A DNA stretch of 64,000 nucleotides. Source: Marinilabiliaceae bacterium (lineage in GTDB: Bacteria; Bacteroidota; Bacteroidia; Bacteroidales; Marinilabiliaceae). The DNA is taken from positions 51,205 to 115,204 of the forward strand of contig JABUTU010000005.1 in the NCBI GenBank assembly GCA_021443545.1, in the 5' to 3' direction. The position numbers and the translations under genes were made by a program. A model generated the notes under the pieces. The model ran no database searches and was not told the DNA's origin. It worked only from the letters and a program-made list of their open reading frames with translations. Shown here one piece after another: positions 43,411 through 52,801 of this stretch; position 1 is the first letter of the stretch; each line of letters begins with the position of its first letter.

Positions 43411-44808
43411 TTATTTTTTTGTTACTCTCTTTCGCGTTGTCTTCTTTTCCGACTCTGCAACAACTTTCTCTGAAGTTGTACTCTTTTTTGAAGAGGTCCT
43501 CTTTGCTGCAGGCTTCTTAATCTCCACTCCAGCCTTTACCAATTGCTTCTCAAGTTCCTGAATCTCTTTCTGCTGCATCTCTATGGTATGCTGAAGAGTC
43601 TTAACCTCCTGACTCTTTTGAGGAACAGCTTGACGAAGTCGTTGCGCAAAGTCCGTCAATACATTCATATAGTTAATGAATGCATCATATGGCGTCTGAT
43701 AGGGGTTCTGATAGGCTCTGTTGCCTCCATTCGCAAAAAATTTCGTCCCCATATAATAAAAATGATCAGACGACTGCAAATATTGCCAGTCTTTTAACAG
43801 AGCAGAATCAGAGCACTGTTCCATCAATGGCAAGAGAGCATACAACTTATCCACCGCTTCATTCTGCATCTCATTGCCCAGCCATGCCGTCACATCTCTT
43901 TCCTCATCCACCCAACTCGTCGCAGATGGAACATGAATTGCACTGACAGGTTGCAGAGCACTTGCGGCCTTAGATGGAGTTACAAATGCATAATTCTTAT
44001 CTGACAGAACGACATTTGGTAATGCCGACAAGAAACCTTGAATACCACTCTCAACACTATGAACAGAACCGAAGGTCTCGTAATTCATGAAGAGATTTAC
44101 AACCTCCTCCGATTCAGATACCCCATCAAGCCAACCCTTGAACTTATCCGCCGTCAGTGGCCATGAATCCCATGTCTGGTTCGAGAATCGTAATGAGATA
44201 TCATCACTCATATGGTAATTCCTCATAAGCACTTTCAATCGTGGCTCGATTGAATTACAATACATGTAGTTCGATGACTTCCATCCGAGAATCTGCTTAG
44301 CTCCTTCACTTAGAATGGCTTTGAAACCCATCTGCGAAACCACCTCTCCAATCTCATCAGAATATATCAACTCTGTATTTCGGAATACAACAGGCACCTG
44401 ACCAAATGTATCTTCTATTATCTTTACCTGCTGAGCTACTTGTCTCTTAAACTCCTCTACATTGCGGAGCGAGACAAGCGAATGCGCCGATGTCTCAGCA
44501 AGAAACTCTGCGTGCTTTGTCTTAGCCAACTCCTTGAACGAATCTATAACCTCTGGAGCATAAAGCTTCAATTGGTCAATCATGGTTCCCGAAATAGAGA
44601 AGGCAACTGAGAACTTACCTTTGTACTTCTTGATAAGGTCAAGGAGTATCCTGTTCGTCGGCAAATAACATGTGTGAGCCAATTTGTTGATATTTGACTC
44701 ATTTGCATAATCATCATAGTAATAATGGTCATTACCTATGTCAAAAAACCTATAACGACGCAAACGAACTGGCTGATGCAACTGGAAGTATAAACAAATA
44801 TTTTTCAT
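43411..44808 (-). CDS. Glycoside hydrolase family 57 protein (alpha-glucan acting: branching enzyme, amylase or glucanotransferase) with a Lys-rich C-terminal tail
   Basis: 465-aa ORF. The N-terminus MKNICLYFQLHQPVRLRRY... and ..FMNYETFG.. are typical of GH57. The last ~75 aa are a coiled-coil-like then highly basic low-complexity stretch (..KKPAAKRTSSKKSTTSEKVVAESEKKTTRKRVTKK). Confidence 0.85.
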   Translation of the reverse strand: MKNICLYFQLHQPVRLRRYRFFDIGNDHYYYDDYANESNINKLAHTCYLPTNRILLDLIKKYKGKFSVAFSISGTMIDQLKLYAPEVIDSFKELAKTKHAEFLAETSAHSLVSLRNVEEFKRQVAQQVKIIEDTFGQVPVVFRNTELIYSDEIGEVVSQMGFKAILSEGAKQILGWKSSNYMYCNSIEPRLKVLMRNYHMSDDISLRFSNQTWDSWPLTADKFKGWLDGVSESEEVVNLFMNYETFGSVHSVESGIQGFLSALPNVVLSDKNYAFVTPSKAASALQPVSAIHVPSATSWVDEERDVTAWLGNEMQNEAVDKLYALLPLMEQCSDSALLKDWQYLQSSDHFYYMGTKFFANGGNRAYQNPYQTPYDAFINYMNVLTDFAQRLRQAVPQKSQEVKTLQHTIEMQQKEIQELEKQLVKAGVEIKKPAAKRTSSKKSTTSEKVVAESEKKTTRKRVTKK

Positions 44809-44834
44809 CTTCTTATATTTTTCTTATTAATGAA

Positions 44835-46127
44835 TTATCGGCATACCACCGAATCGTATATACTCTTTATCTTCACTGCCGAATTCTCCCACTTGAGAGA
44901 ATCAACCTCCTCCTTACCATATTTAGCAAAAAGTTGCTGTAGTGACGGATAGTTGAGCACAGCGTACATGGCATCTGCCATCGCATCTATATCCCAGAAA
45001 TCTGTCTTTATGGCATACTTGAGAATCTCCGACACTCCCGATTGATATGATATAAGCACTGGAACGTTGCTTTGCATTGCCTCGAGAGGTGAGATCCCAA
45101 ACGGCTCCGAAACTGATGGCATCACGTAGAGGTCTGACATGCTGAGCATTTGATACACATCCTGTCCCCTTAAGAAACCCGTAAAGTGAAACCTATCCAT
45201 AATCTTCAGACTTGCTGCACGTCTAATCATCTTCTCCATCATATCGCCAGACCCAGCCATTACGAAACGAACATTCTCCATCTTCTGAAGAACTTTGTTT
45301 GCCGCCTCAATGAAATACTCTGGTCCCTTCTGCATTGTTATACGACCAAGGAATGTTATAATCTTCTCATCAATGGTCTTAGGTCCAAATCCTGTGTACT
45401 CCTTCTTAAGAGGATCTACAGCATTATATACGGTAATAACTTTCTCAGCTGGTACGCCATACTTCTCAATAACTATATTTCGCGTCAGATTCGAAACAGT
45501 TATTACCTTATCAGCAGCATGCATTCCTCTGCGCTCTATGTCGTAAACCACTGGGTTAACAGAACCACCCGAACGGTCGAAATCAGTCGCATGAACATGT
45601 ACTACCAATGGCTTCCCCGTCGCCTCCTTCGCTGCTATTCCTGCTGGATAAGTCAACCAGTCGTGCGCGTGGATAACATCAAAATCGTTCTCTTGAGCAA
45701 TTATATTCGCAATTATAGCATAGTTACGAATCTCTTCAAGTAGAGTAGTGCCATACTTTCCTGTAAAGTGAAACTTTCCTTCACTATTAGTCTGTAGAAA
45801 CCTGAACGTCTCGCCTACCTTCAACGATGTCAACTTCCAAAAGTCTTGTGGATCAACATAGGGGACAAGCATCGACTCTACTTCAATATAGTCAAGTTGC
45901 TTACTCATATGCGACACGCGCAGACGCTTTCCGTTAATGGAAATATTGTTAGCTCCAATGATATCCTCGACTTTGCTTTTGTCTTCGTCTCCGAAAGCCT
46001 TTGGAACTACGAACTTAACATCCAGATCTGGTATCGACGCCATACCACGGGTCAATCCGTAGCACGCTGTACCCAAACCTCCCGAGATATGCGGCGGGAA
46101 CTCCCATCCAAACATTAAAACTCTCAT
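44835..46127 (-). CDS. GT-B glycosyltransferase (GT4-type), probable glycogen synthase
   Basis: 430-aa ORF with N-terminus MRVLMFGWEFPPHISGGLGTACYGL and an E-x7-E region PSVSEPFGISPLEAM. It sits between glycogen-degrading and glycogen-remodelling genes. Confidence 0.8.
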   Translation of the reverse strand: MRVLMFGWEFPPHISGGLGTACYGLTRGMASIPDLDVKFVVPKAFGDEDKSKVEDIIGANNISINGKRLRVSHMSKQLDYIEVESMLVPYVDPQDFWKLTSLKVGETFRFLQTNSEGKFHFTGKYGTTLLEEIRNYAIIANIIAQENDFDVIHAHDWLTYPAGIAAKEATGKPLVVHVHATDFDRSGGSVNPVVYDIERRGMHAADKVITVSNLTRNIVIEKYGVPAEKVITVYNAVDPLKKEYTGFGPKTIDEKIITFLGRITMQKGPEYFIEAANKVLQKMENVRFVMAGSGDMMEKMIRRAASLKIMDRFHFTGFLRGQDVYQMLSMSDLYVMPSVSEPFGISPLEAMQSNVPVLISYQSGVSEILKYAIKTDFWDIDAMADAMYAVLNYPSLQQLFAKYGKEEVDSLKWENSAVKIKSIYDSVVCR

Positions 46128-46154
46128 ATGCCTGTTTTTGTAGTTTTTACTCTT

Positions 46155-48080
46155 TTACTCCTCAACGATTTTCATCAATTTGAGTATTGCTGCCACATTC
46201 CACGCCATTGAAATCGCGCCTTTGGCCTGATGCGGCGGATTGCCATTATACCTCTCCGATATAGTCCCTATACAATGTTCCGTTATCTCTGAGTTAAAAT
46301 CCTCTACGATACGGCGGAGCTGTGAAATTCCACTGTTTCTATGAACTTCCACCATGACATCCGCATAGAATCCAAGTAACCACGGATACGCCGTTCCTTG
46401 ATGGATTGCCAATGCTCTCTGCTCTTCATCACCCTCTATAGCTCCTATATACTTCTCGTCCTTCGGCGAGAGCGAACGCATTCCTCGAGGCGTCAGAAGT
46501 TCTCGAGTACATATATCAAGAATATTCTTCTTCTGCTCTCTCGAAAGGGGCGAATACTTTAATCCAGCAGCTATCAACATGTTCGGTCGAACTGAACCCG
46601 ACTTGTGCTCTCCATCAATATAATCGTATAGATAATTCTGTGGATTGCAATATGAATACGTGAACGAGGCAGCTACCTGATCTAATCGTGGTGTCCACTC
46701 ATTCACAAACTCTCTCTTCTTCAACTTCTTCGCAACTTCAAGTGTTGTTGCAATCGCATTATACCATAGAGCATTAACCTCTACCGCTGCACCATAACGA
46801 GGCGTTACAAGCCAGCCACTACGTGTCTGCGAATTCATCCACGTCTGTGGCTGTCCCTCTGCTCTCGCATATATCAGACCATTGTCCATTCTGTGCATCT
46901 TGCCTGGAATGCCATTCCAATACAGATACAACAAATCACGCATCAGTTCAAAGTGCTCCGTAACCTTCACTATGGATGGCACCCAACGCTCTAACTCATT
47001 AAGACAATAGAAGAACCACAAAGGCACATCTATCGAGGTATTGTTCATAGCACTCTTTTCTATATAGAGTCTACGAAGATTTGGAAGTGCTGTCTTTAGT
47101 ATCTCTCCATAAACCTTCTTATCTTCCTGAAAAACTGCAAGCCCAGCCAAAGCGACAAACATATCTCGCATCTGTGGTCTCTTCCAGTGATAGCCCGCCT
47201 TTAGCATGACATTCCCATCTGGTTGCTTCTCTATAAATTGCTGTGCTGCATTTACCAATAAATTCTTGAGACTTGTTTTAGGCGTTCGATGACTAACCTC
47301 ACGCGTGAACTTCGATTTAAGGCCTGACGGCGTGACTTCATTCAACGAGGCTGAAATAATCACACTCTCGCCCTTCTTTATCTGAAACTCAAAATAGCCA
47401 GGGACATACAAATCCTCCCTATAGTCATATCCTCTATAGCGCTCCTTGATATATTCCACATCCTTATACCAATCAGGCATTGCTATAAACTCTACCTTCT
47501 TGCTCGCCTGAAGATACAAATCAGGGAAACCAGGATAGAGACAAAACTTCGCACCATTGGACACCTCAGTATAGTGCGTATTCGCTTGCATATTCTCCCG
47601 CGTCAGCTTATGAATCTCCCTATATGCAAGGAATGGCTTTAATCTAAGGAGAGTCTCACTATGCGCATCCTCAAGCGTATACTTTATCAATACCTGATTC
47701 TCGTTCTCAGCAAGGATAAACTCTTGCGAAAGTACCACTCCACCGACTCTGTGCGTCAGCTTTGTTGTCGGATCTGCCGAGTAATCACACATATATTTAT
47801 GCCCCTTCGGCTCAAAATATTCATCCTTATACTGCTGGATTCCTAAATTGAAAACCTTGTCATGCTGAACCACAGAACATTGCAACGACGACAACATAAC
47901 ATAGCTCTCCCCATTCATGTTCGGGAGCGGACAAACCAACAAACCATGATACTTTCGTGTGTTACAACCAGGTATACTCGTACTCATATACGCCCCTGCC
48001 CTGTTTGTTCGCAAAATCTCTTTGAATAGCGAATACTCCAAATTTGGAAGCTTCGCATTGTCAAATTGAATATACTTCAT
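46155..48080 (-). CDS. Glycogen debranching enzyme family protein (GDE N-terminal domain plus amylo-alpha-1,6-glucosidase / GH133-like)
   Basis: 641-aa ORF. The N-terminus ..EILRTNRAGAYMSTSIPGCNTRKYHGLLV is typical of the GDE_N domain. The C-terminal six-hairpin-like region reads ..GTISERYNGNPPHQAKGAISMAWNVAAILK. Confidence 0.8.
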   Translation of the reverse strand: MKYIQFDNAKLPNLEYSLFKEILRTNRAGAYMSTSIPGCNTRKYHGLLVCPLPNMNGESYVMLSSLQCSVVQHDKVFNLGIQQYKDEYFEPKGHKYMCDYSADPTTKLTHRVGGVVLSQEFILAENENQVLIKYTLEDAHSETLLRLKPFLAYREIHKLTRENMQANTHYTEVSNGAKFCLYPGFPDLYLQASKKVEFIAMPDWYKDVEYIKERYRGYDYREDLYVPGYFEFQIKKGESVIISASLNEVTPSGLKSKFTREVSHRTPKTSLKNLLVNAAQQFIEKQPDGNVMLKAGYHWKRPQMRDMFVALAGLAVFQEDKKVYGEILKTALPNLRRLYIEKSAMNNTSIDVPLWFFYCLNELERWVPSIVKVTEHFELMRDLLYLYWNGIPGKMHRMDNGLIYARAEGQPQTWMNSQTRSGWLVTPRYGAAVEVNALWYNAIATTLEVAKKLKKREFVNEWTPRLDQVAASFTYSYCNPQNYLYDYIDGEHKSGSVRPNMLIAAGLKYSPLSREQKKNILDICTRELLTPRGMRSLSPKDEKYIGAIEGDEEQRALAIHQGTAYPWLLGFYADVMVEVHRNSGISQLRRIVEDFNSEITEHCIGTISERYNGNPPHQAKGAISMAWNVAAILKLMKIVEE

Positions 48081-48377
48081 GAGTTCTTTGTTAATATATG
48101 TAAAAATATATCTCTTCTTGCTCTTGCCAGGATTCTCTCCCTTTAATTGCGTGTGAATTTATAATCTATTTTCGAAATAAACAACCTATCTGACTTATAA
48201 TTAGTGCCATTCAACGTTTTTTAAACTTCTATACGAAATAAAAACACAAAAGTTGCCTCCTTACAGACTCCTTAATTCCCTAATATTCCTTACTCCCTAA
48301 CGCAATTCCATGCAACACAAAGACTTAATTATTAATTTTTGTTAATCAAAACTAACAACTCTAAGTCTATTCTGACA

Positions 48378-49328
48378 CTAACATAAGTCACCCCATCGCT
48401 TCCTGAATTCTCCAAGACGATCATCTACCAATCTTTTATGCTCCACCTCTGCCTCCTCGCCTCCCATAGGTCTATGATTAAGTATTTTCGACAACTTCTC
48501 TCCATCTTGCATGTAACGTCTCATCTCTTCTGTAAAATAGACTTCCGAAAATTTGAGGAAAACATAATCCACAGCAACTTCTGATGGATGAACCATATCT
48601 GATGAATAAAACCTGTAATCTCTTAAATCGTCTAATACAATTTCATACGATGGAAAATAACTCACATTACCTTCATTCTGGACTATCTCTTCCTCCAAAG
48701 CAACGTGTAACAACGACTTACTATACTGATTCCCATGTACTCCATCGCTCATATGCCGTATAGGCGACACAGTGAAGATTACAGTAGCACCTGAATTCAC
48801 CTTGCGTATAGACAAAATTGTCTGCTGTATACTTCTTCTCAGCTCCTCAAGGGTCAGCACGCGACGATTAAACATCCGGCCATCTACCTTATGACAATTT
48901 GCAACAATAATCCCTCGCTCCACATGCTCATACACCCATGACGTTCCATAAGTTATCAACACTATATTTGCACTTATCAATTTCTCATACGACTCAGCGG
49001 CAATCGCTCGCAGTTTTTCTTTAAGGAGCTTCTCTGACGGCGCATTTATACTACCATGGGCCATAAATGAACTATAAGAACTTTTAATATTCACTATCTC
49101 TCCGTCTTTTATCTCCTCCGCCCCAACAACTCTCATTATCTGCTTACTTATGGAATCTGGATTATACACAACCCCATAAGGATTACTATACACCTCTACT
49201 TGACGTTCTCTTAAACGAGAAACAACAGAATCTGCAAAGCACGAACCAATAGAAAAAAGTTTAGTTCCTACTCCGTACTGCAATTTATGAGGACTCACAT
49301 CAACCTGAGTGCGAAAAATATAATTCAT
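48378..49328 (-). CDS. GSCFA domain-containing protein
   Basis: 316-aa ORF carrying the eponymous motif (LFSIGSCFADSV) near the N-terminus. Confidence 0.85.
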   Translation of the reverse strand: MNYIFRTQVDVSPHKLQYGVGTKLFSIGSCFADSVVSRLRERQVEVYSNPYGVVYNPDSISKQIMRVVGAEEIKDGEIVNIKSSYSSFMAHGSINAPSEKLLKEKLRAIAAESYEKLISANIVLITYGTSWVYEHVERGIIVANCHKVDGRMFNRRVLTLEELRRSIQQTILSIRKVNSGATVIFTVSPIRHMSDGVHGNQYSKSLLHVALEEEIVQNEGNVSYFPSYEIVLDDLRDYRFYSSDMVHPSEVAVDYVFLKFSEVYFTEEMRRYMQDGEKLSKILNHRPMGGEEAEVEHKRLVDDRLGEFRKRWGDLC

Positions 49329-49416
49329 ACCATATATGCTTTTCAGGCAAAAGTAATCAATAAAAAGAACAATGTGTAATGATATCTGTACATTTAATCG
49401 TTATTTAATACAGAAA

Positions 49417-49441
49417 GGCGCACCAATAAAATTGGCACGCC
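49417..49441 (-). terminator. Candidate terminator hairpin after the 196-aa gene
   Basis: 11-bp stem ggcgcaccaat / attggcacgcc with a 3-nt loop. The two DNA mismatches become G-U wobbles only in the minus-strand transcript. It is followed by CUUUCUGUAUU. Confidence 0.4.
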
Positions 49442-49505
49442 CTCAATTTAATTATAGTACAAAGTAGAAATATCTTATATCACTCTCAAAAAGAAATCTC
49501 CTGTA

Positions 49506-50096
49506 TTAATCCACATACTGTAATGTCTGTTCCTGTGACTTCTGCCACTCTGAGCCAGACCATGCATATGTAGTACGCTTGCATGGAGTTACACCACCAT
49601 CATATTCATACTCCTCTTTTGTCAAACCATTGATACCTTCTGATGTCTCTTCATACTTGGCTGACATTATCAGATAACCATCCTTATCGAAAAGCATATC
49701 GTCAAATGTCTCAAAGCTCGAAATATCTTCATACGAGACTGATTCTGTCAGTGTCCACTCATTCTGCGTTGGCTTATATGTCACCTCTGCCATAAGACTT
49801 TCATTCTCATAGAGCTTAACACGCTTTGCTACACGCACCCACTCACCACTCACCTTTTTATAATCAACTAACTCTACATTCTCACCTTCATAGGTTCTCA
49901 CTATTTTAGACTCTTCAACCCATGAATTGTTGTTGTATGCATATGTGGTCTCTTCCAAAATACGACCCTGCTCATCGCACTTCACAAGGGTCTTTGCGAT
50001 TGTTGGTTCTGATGAAGTATCCGAATTCCTTTCGAGAAAAATCGCAGCACAAATAATTGTAACAGCTAAACAGAGAGTGATGATGATGTTTTTCAT
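49506..50096 (-). CDS. Hypothetical secreted or membrane-anchored protein
   Basis: 196-aa ORF with an N-terminal hydrophobic signal/anchor (MKNIIITLCLAVTIICAAIF). The body is acidic with recurring Y/W-E motifs (..YAYNNNSWVEE.., ..SGEWVRV.., ..QNEWTLTE.., ..SGSEWQKS..). No family recognised. Confidence 0.6.
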   Translation of the reverse strand: MKNIIITLCLAVTIICAAIFLERNSDTSSEPTIAKTLVKCDEQGRILEETTYAYNNNSWVEESKIVRTYEGENVELVDYKKVSGEWVRVAKRVKLYENESLMAEVTYKPTQNEWTLTESVSYEDISSFETFDDMLFDKDGYLIMSAKYEETSEGINGLTKEEYEYDGGVTPCKRTTYAWSGSEWQKSQEQTLQYVD

Positions 50097-50125
50097 GTCT
50101 TTTTATTGTTTTCGTTTCTGAACAC

Positions 50126-50200
50126 TTTGACGAACAAAAGAGATTTTAGTTACACCCAACCTTCATTTTTTTGACGAACGGGGTGATATTTTTGACGAAC
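50126..50200 (-). promoter_or_regulatory. Three exact direct repeats of TTTGACGAAC (GTTCGTCAAA on the coding strand) upstream of the 196-aa gene; candidate transcription-factor binding array
   Basis: Copies lie at 50126..50135, 50170..50179 and 50191..50200, with a degenerate TTTGACATAA at 50276..50285. All have the same orientation and the spacings are 44 and 21 bp. Confidence 0.45.
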
Positions 50201-50286
50201 TAACTTTATTAGCTCATAAATTTACTCTTTTTAACCCAAAATAAGTACAATTCAAACTAACCTCATCCAACATATTTTGACATAAA

Positions 50287-50320
50287 AATAGGGCGTCCCA
50301 ATACTTTGAGACACCCTATT
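50287..50320 (-). terminator. Rho-independent terminator of the DASS transporter gene
   Basis: 11-bp stem aatagggcgtc / gacaccctatt. The single mismatch is a G-U wobble in the minus-strand RNA. A TTTTTAT run follows immediately on the minus strand. Confidence 0.6.
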
Positions 50321-50339
50321 CAATACTTATCAGTCCTTA

Positions 50340-51767
50340 TTAGAATATTCCGACTTGCGTCACAAAAATAAGTAATGCATAACCGAGAACCAAACCTACA
50401 AGACCTACTATAATTCCCACCTTAGCCATTTCCGACTGCTTGATATGACCAGTTGCATGTGCCAAAGCATTCGGAGGTGTAGAGATTGGCAACGCCATAG
50501 CTAACGAAGCTGAAATTGCAATTCCAAGCAACATGGTTATAGGACCACCCAAGCTCTTTAGCGAATCACCCATACCAATTGCAATAGTAGTAAGAATAGG
50601 TACAAGCAACGCTGCTGATGCAGTATTTGACATAAATGTAGACATCGAATAGCAGATTAATCCTCCAGCAGCTACTACAACCCATGGCTCCCACGAGTCG
50701 AATGGTATTGCCTCTATAATATGATTTGCTAATCCACTCTTGTCAAGTCCAACTCCAAGTGCGAATCCTCCTGCTACCAACCACAGGACATCCCAATTTA
50801 TCTCCTTCAACTCTCTAACTCCTATAATGCCAGTCACACAGAACACCGTCAAAGGAATGAAAGCAACTATATTTGCATTTATATGTGTAAATTTATCACA
50901 CAACCACAATAACACTGTAACCGCAAATGTCACGTATACTATAATAGCTTTCTTATCCTTTCTAAACTCACCATCAATCTTGAGCTCAATAGTCTTTTGA
51001 GTAAATGGGAAGAATTTAAGGAGCAAGAACCAACTTATCGCTAAGAGAACGATTACAAATGGTATCATTACCATCATCCATTGACCAAAACCAATCTCAC
51101 TATCTGGCATCGCCTGATTAAGATATCGCAGTGCAATAGCATTAGGTGGTGTGCCAATCGGAGTTCCAATACCTCCAACATTTGCAGCAATAGGCACTGC
51201 CATGACAATAGCTGTACGACCCTTACCCTCTGGTGGCAACAATCGTATTACAGGAGCAACAATGGCCAGCATCATAGCCGATGTCGCTGTATTGCTCATG
51301 AACATCGACAATACTGCCGTCACGAGCATAAAGCCCATAAGAATCATCTCGCTCTTCGTTCCAAAAGGCTTCAACATCACTCGAGCTATGTTAAGGTCAA
51401 GTCCTGTCGAAGTCGCTGCTATGGCAAGTGCGAAACCTCCCATAAAGAGCATAACGATAGGATCTGCCCAAGCCGACAAGATGCTCTTGTGCGAAATTGC
51501 CAAGCCAAACGACTCTCCCTCTCCAATGAACGGAGCAAACATACTGTCGGAGACCGTTAGCAACAATATAGCCATAATCAAGACTGATGTAGTCCAAATT
51601 GGAATAGCCTCGAAAATCCACATTAATGCTGCGAAGATAAAAATAGCGATTATTCGCTGTTCAATGACGGTCAGACCCGGAATGCCAAATACGTCCGCAG
51701 GCGCTAACCATGCTAAGAGAGACAAAATCACTGCTATAGCGATTTTAATTACCTTGCTTTTATCCAT
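50340..51767 (-). CDS. SLC13/DASS family anion (di/tricarboxylate or sulfate):sodium symporter
   Basis: 475-aa polytopic membrane protein with the duplicated hairpin-tip motifs FMSNTATSAMMLAIVAPV and FMSNTASAALLVPILT. Confidence 0.85.
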   Translation of the reverse strand: MDKSKVIKIAIAVILSLLAWLAPADVFGIPGLTVIEQRIIAIFIFAALMWIFEAIPIWTTSVLIMAILLLTVSDSMFAPFIGEGESFGLAISHKSILSAWADPIVMLFMGGFALAIAATSTGLDLNIARVMLKPFGTKSEMILMGFMLVTAVLSMFMSNTATSAMMLAIVAPVIRLLPPEGKGRTAIVMAVPIAANVGGIGTPIGTPPNAIALRYLNQAMPDSEIGFGQWMMVMIPFVIVLLAISWFLLLKFFPFTQKTIELKIDGEFRKDKKAIIVYVTFAVTVLLWLCDKFTHINANIVAFIPLTVFCVTGIIGVRELKEINWDVLWLVAGGFALGVGLDKSGLANHIIEAIPFDSWEPWVVVAAGGLICYSMSTFMSNTASAALLVPILTTIAIGMGDSLKSLGGPITMLLGIAISASLAMALPISTPPNALAHATGHIKQSEMAKVGIIVGLVGLVLGYALLIFVTQVGIF

Positions 51768-51835
51768 ATTGGAATTATTTGTTTTGTGTTAATGGGCGCA
51801 AAATTATTAATTATAGTTAACAGAAACAACGTCTG

Positions 51836-52801
51836 TTAGAAGTTTTTCAAATTCTTCAAACGACTAAATAGATATTCCTGCTCTGCCTGCCCTGGTGTTG
51901 GCGTCAACTCACTCCTTTCTAAAAGCCCCAGAGTTGCCAGATCCATTATAGTCGTATAACCAGAATGAGAATAGATATGCTCTGAACTCATTAATAGGGA
52001 ATATAACCTCTCAGAAGAGGGCCACTCTTCTATCTCATAATCGCCATAAATAAAATCAGCCTTCGGTATACCTCCTGTAACAATCACTTTGTAGCCACTT
52101 TTATCCTCGAGATTCTCAATCATACACTTAACATATCTTACCCGCTCCTTTCTCGGACCCGATGCGATAACAAGGTGTTGAACCGAATACATTTTTTTTT
52201 CCTCTACTTGATTACATTCTCTCGAATAAAAAAATCTGGACAAAATGCCTATATACCTAATCTTATTATGCAATACTCTATTAGAAGTAAAGGATAGCTT
52301 GCCGGAATAAAGTCCAGGCGACTTATCTGGAATCAAACAATAGTTGTATCGTCTAATCATAAGCGACAATACCCAGCTCACAAACCGAACTATCCATCTT
52401 GGTGCTCCCAACCATGGAATAGGTGATAACTGATGTGTTATAAAAGCACATCTAACCGACGACATAAACAGCCCATACCGATTATCAGATATAACAAAAT
52501 CAACATTATAACGCTTTACCACCCGCCGTATTAAAATATGTTCGCTGATGACTGAATATACAAAATTCGGTATCTGAAACATTATAGATGTCCACGCGGG
52601 GAGGCATCCTACGAATTTAGGGGAAAACGATTTGAGCGGAACAACTATTAAAGCAGGAAAGTTCTCCGACAACAGACGAATGGAGTCCCCACTCCCGGCA
52701 AGAAGTACCTCATGACGCCTCGACATAAGATATCGCACCACGGGTATCATCCTCGTAGCATGACCTAACCCCCAATCCAACGGTGAAACAAGAACCCGCA
52801 T
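51836..52801 (-). CDS. GT-B glycosyltransferase (MJ1255/TIGR00661-like, GT28/GT1-related)
   Basis: 321-aa ORF with N-terminus MRVLVSPLDWGLGHATRMIPV.. and C-terminal ..HSGYTTIMDLATLG..PTPGQAEQEY. Its start overlaps the upstream gene's stop (TGATG). Confidence 0.65.
   Translation of the reverse strand: MRVLVSPLDWGLGHATRMIPVVRYLMSRRHEVLLAGSGDSIRLLSENFPALIVVPLKSFSPKFVGCLPAWTSIMFQIPNFVYSVISEHILIRRVVKRYNVDFVISDNRYGLFMSSVRCAFITHQLSPIPWLGAPRWIVRFVSWVLSLMIRRYNYCLIPDKSPGLYSGKLSFTSNRVLHNKIRYIGILSRFFYSRECNQVEEKKMYSVQHLVIASGPRKERVRYVKCMIENLEDKSGYKVIVTGGIPKADFIYGDYEIEEWPSSERLYSLLMSSEHIYSHSGYTTIMDLATLGLLERSELTPTPGQAEQEYLFSRLKNLKNF

Noticed and set aside
45186-45743. 185-aa plus-strand ORF.
   Set aside because: It is antisense to the GT4 glycogen-synthase-like gene and its translation is junk-like.
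48081-48377. TAnnTTTG-type box on the minus strand (plus-strand caaaacta at 48347..48354) as a promoter of the glycogen operon.
   Set aside because: It lies about 270 nt upstream of the start codon and abuts the stop of the GSCFA gene. A single 6/8-informative match in AT-rich DNA is not enough support.
51081-51792. Plus-strand ORFs of 159 and 213 aa.
   Set aside because: They are antisense to the DASS transporter gene, whose duplicated SNTA(T/S)(S/A)A motifs clearly identify the true frame.
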